A stretch of 64,000 nt of DNA from NCBI RefSeq assembly GCF_009914755.1, contig NC_060925.1; one strand, written 5' to 3'. Positions 51,281 through 64,000 of this stretch are shown piece after piece. Below the pieces are notes generated by a model. It saw only the letters and a list, made by a program, of their open reading frames with translations. It ran no database searches and had not been told where the DNA came from. This DNA is from the human T2T-CHM13v2.0 reference genome, Homo sapiens. Position 1 is the first letter of the stretch. Every line of letters starts with the position of its first letter. The position numbers and the translations under genes were made by a program.

Positions 51281-52948
51281 TAGATGCCATACTTAGAGAT
51301 GTCCTTGTGGTTCAGTCTTCTGGCCTGGGATATGCCGCACAGGGTAAGATGTGTAAAGTGACTTAAAGCCTACGTCTGGCAGTGACCAAGAAAAGAAAGC
51401 GAATTGCATTTGTAATGAACTAGTGCCAAAGACTGTTGGTGTTCATAGGAAATAGTTCATCACAGGAAAAAGAGTGGTTTAATATATAAACTATTCTGAC
51501 TATAAATGCCCTGGAAATATCTCACCCTCTTTGAATATGCAGGTGATGCCTGCTATTGGTGGTGTTTTGTTTCTGAAGGGTGGGCATGAGTCATCAAACT
51601 GTGGTGTGTGGCTCCAGGCCTGGCATGCTCATACTTTCCCTCCGTATGTTTCCAGACCATCCACCTCTTTCTGTCCCCACTGTTTTTGCCTTGCTCCAGG
51701 CTGCTGTTGTCTCAGCTGTGCTTCCTGAAGCCACCCTCACATAGCAGCCAAGTGCATGTCCTAAGGTGTAGATCTGTTCATATCACATCTCTGCTTCAGT
51801 CCCTTTTCTAGCTCCTCCGGTCATGATACATCCACACTCCAGACTCTGTGTCTGGCCCTGCATGGAAGCCAACATGGCCAGATGGCCTGGATTGAGTCCC
51901 AGCTGGCTCCATCACATGCTGGTTGTGTGACCTTGGGCAAGCTTCTCTCTGCCTCAGCTTCCTCATCTGAAAAATGGGGGTGATGATAATAGAACCCCGC
52001 CTCACAGAATCATGGTAAGGATTCAGTGAGTTATGTAGAGTACATAGAACAGGGCCTGGCACTAATCAGTCCTCAGTTTCCTATTATTACTGCATCTTCA
52101 CACACATGCACATATGTGCACGTGCACACACACACACACACACACACACCCGCCCTTCAGCTACACTGCCTGAACTTAGTCCATGCTGCTCTTCTCCTGT
52201 CCTGTGGCCAGCTCCTGCTTCTCTCTCTGACATTGCTTCCTCTAGGGAGCCTTCCCCGAGCCCCTGCTAAGGCCCCATGCTGTCTCATACCCATTTTCCC
52301 AAAGGTTGATCTGCAGTCCCTTTGACGGCAGGAATTGTACTGTTTCGTCTTTGGGTTTGTACCACCAAGCTTGGCCTGGTACCTGGTCGGTGCTCAGTAA
52401 GTATCTATTAAATGAATACAATTATCCTGCTGGCATTTTTTATCTTCATGCTAATATTTATCAAACCACAAAGTTTCTTCCATCTTTCTCAGGAAAAGTA
52501 TCCCAATTTCAGATTTTTGAAGTTTTCCCAGCAGTTTTCAAAGGAAGAAGCTAAACAATAAAAGACTAAATTAGTCCAAGAGACCAAATAACCTAAAGAT
52601 ATAATTAGGATTAATTTTAAGTATTTATTTTTAATTGACACATTGTAATTGTACATATTTATAGGGTACATATCTATGTTGTATAATGATCCAATCAGGG
52701 TAATTAGCATGTCATCTCATAGATTTATCATTTCTTTGTGGTGAGAACCTTCAAAAGCATCTCTTCTAGCTATTTGGCAATCTGCAATATTTTACGGTTA
52801 ACCACAGTCACTCTACTGTACAACACCAGAATCCTAATTGTACCTGTCGAAAGGCTAATTTTTAAAGGATAACCTTTTAATACAACGATTCATCTTGAAT
52901 CACTGGCCTGGAGACTTTCCTCTTATTTTCATTAAGAAACATTTATCA

Positions 52949-53590
<642 letters not shown>

Positions 53591-53736
53591 TAATCCGCCC
53601 ACCTCAGCCTCCCAAAGTACTGAGATTACAGGCATGAGCTACCATGCCCTGATGAGAAACATTTCTTAATGAAATGGACAGCCGTATAGTGAATAGGGGA
53701 TGAAGAGCAAGAATTTCTGTCACTCCAGTCCTCAGC

Positions 53737-53768
<32 letters not shown>

Positions 53769-54011
53769 CAGTAGTTTTTTGGGGAACAGGTGGTGTTTGG
53801 TTACATGGATAAGTTCTTTAGCGGTGATTTCCGAGATTTTGGTGCACCCATCACCCGAGCAGTGTACACTATACCCAGTATGTAGTCTTTTATCCCTCAC
53901 CCCCCTCCCACCCTTTCCCCACAGTTGGCAAAGTCCATTGTACCATTCTTCTGCCCTTTGCATCCCCAGCTTCTGTTTGTTTTGTTCTCAGCCTGTTTGT
54001 TTTGTTCTCAG

Positions 54012-54123
54012 CTCTCCACTCCTTCATTGGGACGGAAGTGCTGGTCCCCGCCTGCCCTCTGGTGGACAGTCTGTGAAACAGGCCTTCAGTTGGGCGGCGT
54101 GCAGGTTACCACAGGGGAGGAAG
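54012..54123 (+). CDS. PMF1: Candidate PMF1 alternative exon (SSPLLHWDGSAGPRLPSGGQSVKQAFSWAACRLPQGRK) with GC donor, frame-equivalent to exon 2
   Basis: TTCTCAG acceptor; AAG|GCAAGT donor; 112 nt, phase 2 in and phase 0 out like the 106-nt exon 2; no stop. Confidence 0.6.
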
Positions 54124-54334
54124 GCAAGTCCTGGCTCCTTTTTTGGCTCCCTTAGCACTGTGTACACCGTGATATTGTGTTACCCTCTTTTATCTTTCCA
54201 TGCTGTCCTGCACAATTTATCTGCATATGTAAACCAACAGATTGACAAATGACCAGAGCCTGATTCTGTGCTTAAATATTTTGAAGTCAAATTTATTTAA
54301 ATATTTTTATTTATTTGTTATTTTTTTGAGGTGA

Positions 54335-54628
<294 letters not shown>

Positions 54629-56408
54629 TAAAAATTTTTTTGTGAAGACAGGGTCTCACTATGTTGCCCAGGCTGATCTTGAACTCCTGGGCTAAGTGAT
54701 CCTCCTGTGTTGGCCTCCCAAGAAAAAATAACAGGTTAAAATCAGTTAATATAGTCATCTCAGTTTTGAAACTCAGTAAATGTGGTTTTTAAAAGTTACT
54801 TTCATTTCTGATAAATTTAGCCTTTTTGAGGCCACAATTTGGCCTTTTCTCTCTAGTGGGGACAAATCCTGACAGCTGGTTCTTACCCCTGCTGGGTTGG
54901 TTTCTGCATGTGCAATTGCACACAAGCCTCATTCACTAGCACCTGCCTTCCACCCGGGAGGAGACTTCCCAGCTCTGGGGAGCCAAGTTACTGACTTCTG
55001 TACTTCAGAAGGGCAGTGAGGACTGTTATTTTGAGATTAGTAAGAATAATTGTAGCTCACATGAAGCATTTCAATGTGCTGGGCACCGTACTGAGGACTT
55101 TATATATTTTACCTCACTTAATCTGCACAGTAATTTTGTGAGGCCTAGATAGTTATTATCCCCATTTGACAGAGGAGGAAATTGAGGTTTATAGAGGTAA
55201 AGAAGTAGTCTGAGGTCACTAGTTGATGAGTGGTAGAGATAGGATTTGAATCCAGGGAAAATGACAGGTAGTCTGTCCAGAGAACCAGTAAAGTTACCCA
55301 GTATGCATTGGGTAGCTGGGTGACCTCTTATGTACCCTTGGAGGCCAGGGCCAAGAGACCATCCCGTCATGGGGTGAAGAGGGGCCTTGGCAGAGAGGTT
55401 GCAGAGGAGGCTCCTGGGGGAGGACTCCTCTTCCCAAGCTTTTCAGGTCCTGGGATCCTGGGGTCCAGGGTGGGCAGCCCAGGCCTTACCTTAGCCCCAG
55501 TCACCCAGTCTACAGAGCGTCTTACATGCTGCTGTGCATCTGACATGGTTGTGGGCACCCTGGAGATCCCAGCAGCATTGCAGACGGCATCCTTGTCCAC
55601 AAGGATATTATAATTTGCGTAAAAAGATAAAATTTGACACTTGGGGCAAATGGTCATGAATTAAAAATTTTTTTTTGGCCAGGCTCAATGGCTCACGCCT
55701 GTAATCCCAGCACTTTGGAAGGCCGAGGTGGGTGGATCACCTGAGATTGGGAGTTCAAGACCAGCCTGGCCAACATGGTGAAACCCTGTCTTTACTAAAA
55801 ATACAAAAATTAGCTGGGCGTGGTGGTAGGCACCTGTAATCCCAGCTACCTGGGAGGCTGAGGCATGAGAATTGCTTGAACCCAGGAGGCGGAGGTTGCA
55901 GTGAGCCAAGATTTAAAATTTCTTTTAATTTTTTAAAAAATTTATTTTATTTTATTTTATTTTTTTTTTGAGACAGAGTCTTGCTCTGTCGCCCAGGCTA
56001 GAGTATAGTGGTGCGATTTCAGCTCACCGCAATCTCCGCCTCCCGGGTTCAAGCGATTCTCATGCCTCAGCCTCCTGAGTAGCTGGGATTACAGGTGCCT
56101 ACTACCATGCCTGGCTCATTTTTTATATTTTTAGTAGAGATGGGTTTTCTCCATTTTGGTCAGGCTGGTCTCGAACTCCCGACTTCAAGTGATCCCCCTG
56201 CCTTAGCCTCCCAAAGTGCTGGGATAACAGGTGTGAGCCACTGCGCCTGGCCTTAAATTTTTTTTTATTGAGACAGGTTCTTGCTGTGTTGCACAGGCTG
56301 GTCTCCAACTCCTGGGCTCAAGTGATCCTCCTGCCTCAGCCTCACAAAATGCTGGGATTACAGGCGTGAGCCACTGCACCTGACTATGATTTTTTTTTTT
56401 TTTTTTGA

Positions 56409-56768
<360 letters not shown>

Positions 56769-57316
56769 TGAGTATATTTTTCAGAAAATCCACAAGGGCA
56801 TTCAAAACATTCCCAATTCTGCATTGGCTCTCAAGAAAGACATCACCTTCTTCCTGTACTCACTGACACTGGCACCAGTCTGGCTGCCTTTCTCCTTGGT
56901 TAAGCCACATTGTCCTGTTAGCATATATTTCATCTTGTGTCTGTGTATGAGTGTGTGTGTTTCTGTGGTCCTTCACTTTCACTGAATTATCATACCATAA
57001 AGGAGACCTCAGAACAGGTCACAGCCAGCACTGGTGGTCAGAATTTGCTTCACCCCTGCCCTGGGCCCTATCCGCTGTCAGCTGCCTGAGCTGAAGAGAG
57101 ATGCGTCCAGCTCAGACCCTCCGCCTGCTGAGTAGGCTGGGTGGAGGAACAGGATCTCCCATGTCTAAGCCAAACCTGTTTTAAGCCACAATTACCCAGT
57201 TTCAATTCCAGCCCTGCTTGGTCAGCATCATGTGTTCCTCCACGTTCCTCCTGGTAGCCACAGACTGCGTGGCTAGTCAGGCCAGCAGCAAAACAAGATA
57301 TCTGGGAGTCTGCTGA

Positions 57317-57487
<171 letters not shown>

Positions 57488-57983
57488 TGAGTAGCTGGGA
57501 CTACAGGCATGTGCCACCACGCCCAGCTAATTTTTTGTATTTTTAGTAGAGATGGGGTTTCACCATGTTAGCCAGGATGGTCTCCATCTCCTGACCTCAT
57601 GATCCGCCCGCCTTGGCCTCCCAAAGTGCTAGGAATACAGGCGTGAGCCACCGCGCCTGGCCTACTGTATTGTTTTTTAGGTACCTAAGCTTAGCTTCCA
57701 AGGTGTACTCACATGGAATGTGTATCACTGAAAAGGTGAGAGACCGCCACTCTGACCCAGAAGTGTACTGGTAGTTGCTTACAACCAGCTCTCTGAAAAG
57801 AGAGCCCCGGTTTGCAGTGTTTGCCAATTTCCAAGGTGTAGATACTCCTAAGCTACCAACATGGCATCACTAGATACAGTGTTGAGAAGAGCTGGGCAGC
57901 AGCTACCTTGATCCAGTATTTCCACCAGACAGAGACAATATATACAAATTACCTCAAGAGCAGAGTAAAAGGTGGTAGAATGA

Positions 57984-58337
<354 letters not shown>

Positions 58338-59482
58338 TAAAGTTAATTTATTGTCAGTTTATGTAATTTAATTCTTAATAATGGCTGTGTTTAACACTTG
58401 GCCCAGAGTTCCTGGAAATTTGGCAGTTCTCTCTTGCAGGCCACTGTGAGCTGGCTCCAGTATACCACTGCTCTTAGTCTTCACCTGTTTCCAAAAACAT
58501 TGTTTGGGGGCGGGTTTCGTGAGGAGGCTTAAAGAGCCATGAGAAAGGGAGGACCCAGCAGTGACTCCCTGGCTAGGGGTGGGGCTTTGTGTTGGGCATC
58601 AGGGCCCTAATGCCCTGTTTACCCAGTGGCCCGCCAGCCTGATCCTCACAGCCAAGGAGCATCCTGACCTACAGTACAGCATCAGTGTGAGCTTTTGTGT
58701 ATTTGAAGATCTTCCTTGGTTCAGGCGCTTTCTGCAAGTCACTCGAACACCGCTTCATCTGACCACACCCGCTCCCAATTTAAAGAAGATCGTTGATACA
58801 CTGTTAGCCCTATAACTCTGGCCTTTTTCTTTTAAACCACTCTCTACAAGAGATGATTATCACTTGCATGTGAGTTTCTGCATTTCTGCCATCTCTCCTT
58901 CTCTACTGGAAGCTCTGGGAGGGCCGTGTCAGTCTTATCCACCTCGAATACCCAGTTCCTGGTGGGTGATCAGCATATAGCAGACACTCAGTGAATATTT
59001 GTTGAAGGGGAAGGGCCTGAGAGTGGACAGAGAGACACAGGCAAGGGAGAGGGAGGAAACAAAGGGGAGGGAGAAAAACAGCCAAAAGAGTTCATTTAAC
59101 TTGAGTTTGTCTGTCCAAGAGGAATGAGCCATTGGGAATATACTGGATACCATTGAATACTTCCAGCTGCAAAGGATTTATCAGTGAGGAGCTCTCAGCT
59201 GCTAGTGGCAGAGACCTGATTTAAAATCAGGCTTGGCTGGGCATGATGGCTCACCCCTAGACTCCCAGCACTTTGGGAGGCTGAGGCAGGAGGATTGCTT
59301 GAGCCCAGGAGTTTTTTGAGACGAGTCTGGGCAATACAGTGAGACCGCGACTCTACAAAAAAATAAAAATAAAAGAATTAGCTGGTCATGGCAGGCACGG
59401 TGGCTCATGCCTGTAATGCCAGCACTTTGGGAGGCCGAGATGGGCGGATCACGAGGTCAGGAGATCAAGACCATCCTAGCTA

Positions 59483-59701
<219 letters not shown>

Positions 59702-59877
59702 TTAGCTGGTCATGATGGTGTGCACCTGTAGTCCTAGCTACTCAGGAGGCTGAGGCAAGAGGATCCCTTGAGCCCAGGAGTTGGAGTTGGAGGTTGCAGT
59801 GGGCTCTGATTGTGTCACTGCACTCCAGCCCAGGTGATGGAATGAGATCCTGTCTCAAAAAGAAAAGTAGAAAATCA

Positions 59878-60264
<387 letters not shown>

Positions 60265-60774
60265 TCAGGCCAGGGCCCCCATGGTTGCCAAAGAGCATCA
60301 CCTGGATATGGTAATGTCCTGCCGAGAGAGCATCAGTTGCTTTCTATGTGGCTCTTTTTAGGAGTAAGCCAATCTCTCCCAGATGTCACATGCCCTGTCC
60401 TAATCCAAGTCCCTCAGGGCACTGGAATGACCAGAGGCTCTCAAAGTGTGGTTCCCCAGACCAGCACCATCAGCCTAACCCGAGAGCTTGCTAGAAACTG
60501 TGGAAGGAGTGAGGAGTAATCTTCAAGAGATAAACACTTAAACTCACCTGGGGCTCTCCTAAGAAGGAGTGAGGATGCTGATGGGGCATTGATGGGGTTG
60601 AACCATCCTCGGTGACTCGTGCTTAGATGAGAGATTTGCATCCACTGGCTTTAACCAGGGCCATGAAGTGGACAGAGCTCAGAGTCCTGTAATGCGAAGC
60701 GGAGGTACCCAGGCAGGCTGATGGCCGGCCTCATGCTTGGCCCTCCCCACCTTTGCTTCTCTCCTTCCCGCCAG

Positions 60775-60880
60775 CTACCAGAGATTCACTGACTGCTATA
60801 AGTGCTTCTACCAGTTGCAGCCTGCGATGACACAGCAAATCTATGACAAGTTTATAGCTCAGTTGCAGACATCTATCCGG
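60775..60880 (+). CDS. PMF1: PMF1 exon 2 (SYQRFTDCYKCFYQLQPAMTQQIYDKFIAQLQTSIR)
   Basis: Polypyrimidine plus CCAG acceptor; CGG|GTGAGT donor; 161+106 nt in frame. Confidence 0.95.
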
Positions 60881-61362
60881 GTGAGTGGCGGGAAGCCTGG
60901 CAGGTGCTGTTGACTTGGGTTCTGTCTCCAGATTGTCAGTCCCCTGAGGGCAGTGGCCCCACCCTCTACACCTCTGTCTCCTCAGCCCCTAGAGCTGTCC
61001 TGGGTGCCCAGCAGGCTGCAGCATCCATCGTCACTCCCCTCCAAATGATGCGGGTATCTTAGATGCAGCCTTTGCTCACTGTCCTGTATTGTGATTATGT
61101 GTTTTATGTTGCCTGCTCTCTAGACCATGCAAACTCAGCAAAGGCTGATGGGGTCTTTTTTTTTTTTTAAGTCAGGATCTTGCTCTGTCACCCAGGCTTG
61201 AGTACAGCGGCATAATCACAGCTCCCTGCAGCCTCAAACTCTGGGCTCAAGCGATCCTCCCACCTTGGCTTCCCAAAGTGCTGGAATTACATGAACTACC
61301 AGCCTACAGGCTCTTTTTAAATATTTCCCACTTTAGGCCGGTACAGTGGCCTAAAATTTTAA

Positions 61363-61551
<189 letters not shown>

Positions 61552-62082
61552 TAAATAAAAATAAATAAATAAAACATTTTCCCCACTTTATATTTTATTT
61601 CCTTAATTATTTTTGTTTGCTTTTTTGAGGCAGAGTCTCATTCTGTTGCCCAGGCTATAGTGCAGTGGCGCAATCTCGGTTCACTACAACCTCCGCCTCC
61701 CAGGTTCAAGTGATTCTTGTGCCTCAGCCTCCCGAGTAGCTGGGATGACAGCTGAGTGCCACCACATCCAGCTAATTTTTTTTTTTTTTTTTAGTAGCGA
61801 CAGGGTTTCACCGTGTTACCAGGCTGGTCTCGAACTCCTGGTCTCAAGTGATCCACCCACCTCGGCCCTCCCAAAGTGCTGGGATTACAGGCGTGAACCA
61901 CGACGCCCAGCCTATTTTCTTAATTATAAAAGCCACATGTAGAAAAGTTGGAATGTCAGGGAAAGCATAAAGACCTAGAACAGAAATTAGCCAAAATCTT
62001 ACCAAGTGCTGTCAGCAGTTTAGCATATTTTTGCCATGAGCTCATCTCGTGTCATTACAGCTCTTTCCTCCTTTCTCTTCAG

Positions 62083-62183
62083 GAGGAAATCTCTGACATC
62101 AAAGAGGAGGGGAACCTAGAAGCTGTCTTGAATGCCTTGGATAAAATTGTGGAAGAAGGCAAAGTCCGCAAAGAGCCAGCCTG
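62083..62183 (+). CDS. PMF1: PMF1 exon 3 (EEISDIKEEGNLEAVLNALDKIVEEGKVRKEPAW); gene continues beyond the window
   Basis: TTCAG acceptor; CTG|GTGAGA donor; matches the end of ORF 61948..62187. Confidence 0.95.
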
Positions 62184-63541
62184 GTGAGAGTGGGGTGGGG
62201 AGGTGAGAAGGTACAGGAAAGAGGCAGCAATTAAGCTTTTTTTTTTTTTTTCTAGAGTCAGGGTCTCACTATGTTGGCCAGGCTGGTCACAAACTCCTGG
62301 CCTTAAGCTGTCCTCCCACCTTGACCTCCCAAAGTGCTGGGATTACAAGCTTGAGCCACAATGCCTGGACAGTTCAGCTTCTTGAAGGAGACTTTAAGAC
62401 TGACCCAAGCAGGGAGTGGTGACTCATGCCTGTAATCCCAGTTATTCAGGGGGCTGAGGTGGGAGGATCACTTGAGACCAGGAGTTCAAGAGTTCAGAAC
62501 CAGCCTGGGCAATATAGTGAGACCCTGTCTCTAAAAAAAACTTTTAAAAGGCTGACCCTGTGTCCACCATATCCATGAGACTCTGGGCTTGTTGCCCCTG
62601 AGAGAGAACCTTTTGACAGGGACAAGTAGAGCAGACAGACACCAAACAGTAAGCGAAAACTGTTGTACCGCATAGTTCCCTTCAGGGGAGGAGAGCCCCA
62701 GGTAAGCCATGTTGTTGAGGGGATTAGGGAGGGAAGTAGTTTGAGGCCAGACTGAAGAAGCCTTCCTGAGGGAGCTCATTTTAGGGTCTGTTGGTCCTGT
62801 GGGAGAAAGGGTGGGTGGGGGGAGTGGGAGGAGGCAGAATCGTGAGGTTTGGAATCACCATGTACATCTTACAGGTGTAGATGAGGCTGGTGGGGCAACT
62901 GGTTTTTATACATTTGTTCATTCAACAGGTTAGGGAGCACCTACTATATGATCGATATTGTTTTTTTTTTCTATTTTTTTTAAGACAGAGTCTTGCTCTG
63001 TTGCCCAGGTTGGAGTACAGTGGTGTGATCTTGGCTCATTGCAACCTCCACCTCCTGAGTTCAAGCAATTCTCCTGCCTCAGCCTCTTGAGTAGCTGGAA
63101 TTACAGGCCCCCACTACCATGCCTGGCTAATTTTTGTATTTTTAGTAGAGATGGGGTTTCACCATGTTGGCCAGGCTGATCTCGAACTCCTGACCTCAGG
63201 TGATCCTCCTGCCTCGGCCTCCCAAAGTGCTGGGATTAAAGGTGTGAGCCCTCGCGCCCAGCCTCGATACTGTTTTAGATGCCAGAAACTTAGCAGTGAA
63301 CAAGACAGACCAAATACCTGCTCTCCTGGAGCTGACATTTCAGCAGCAGCCGGCTACCTGGTACACCAAGTGCAAGGTGGAGAAGTGGGGCCTGGGATGA
63401 GCCGTGGAGAGCAGGGGCCAGCAAGACCCCAGCAGCTGAGCCCCTGCCTCCTGCAACCCTCCCTCCCTTAGAATCCTAGGCCAGAGGGAGTAGAAATCTT
63501 TTTTGTAATTTCCAATTTTTAAAAATGCTCTGTGACCTTAA

Positions 63542-63912
<371 letters not shown>

Positions 63913-64000
63913 TGAGACAGAGTCTCGCTCTGTCTCTCAGGCTGGAGTGCAGTGGCGCGATCTTGGCTCACTGCAAGCTCCGCCTCCTGGGTTCACGCCA

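Overview
Human genomic DNA, recognisable as chr1q22. Three + strand genes lie in tandem: the last five coding exons and 3' UTR of SEMA4A, the complete SLC25A44 gene (4 exons, 314 aa), and the promoter and exons 1-3 of PMF1, plus a candidate GC-donor alternative exon. The window is very Alu-dense. The SEMA4A-SLC25A44 gap holds four independent betaretrovirus-like insertions: two HML-2 LTR5 solo LTRs, a deleted HML-5/LTR22 provirus and an LTR13 solo LTR. The most striking element is a TSD-flanked chimeric retrocopy in PMF1 intron 1: the 47S pre-rRNA 5'ETS from +1 to the A'/01 cleavage site, fused without microhomology to an L1PA2-like 3' end. Also notable are an ungapped 220-bp CpG-preserving duplicate of the SLC25A44 core promoter, a uORF/overlapping-uORF pair in the SLC25A44 leader, and an LTR fragment captured inside the HML-5 RT gene. 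Repeat subfamily calls and reference comparisons are from memory of consensus sequences and need database confirmation. Only selected Alus are listed.
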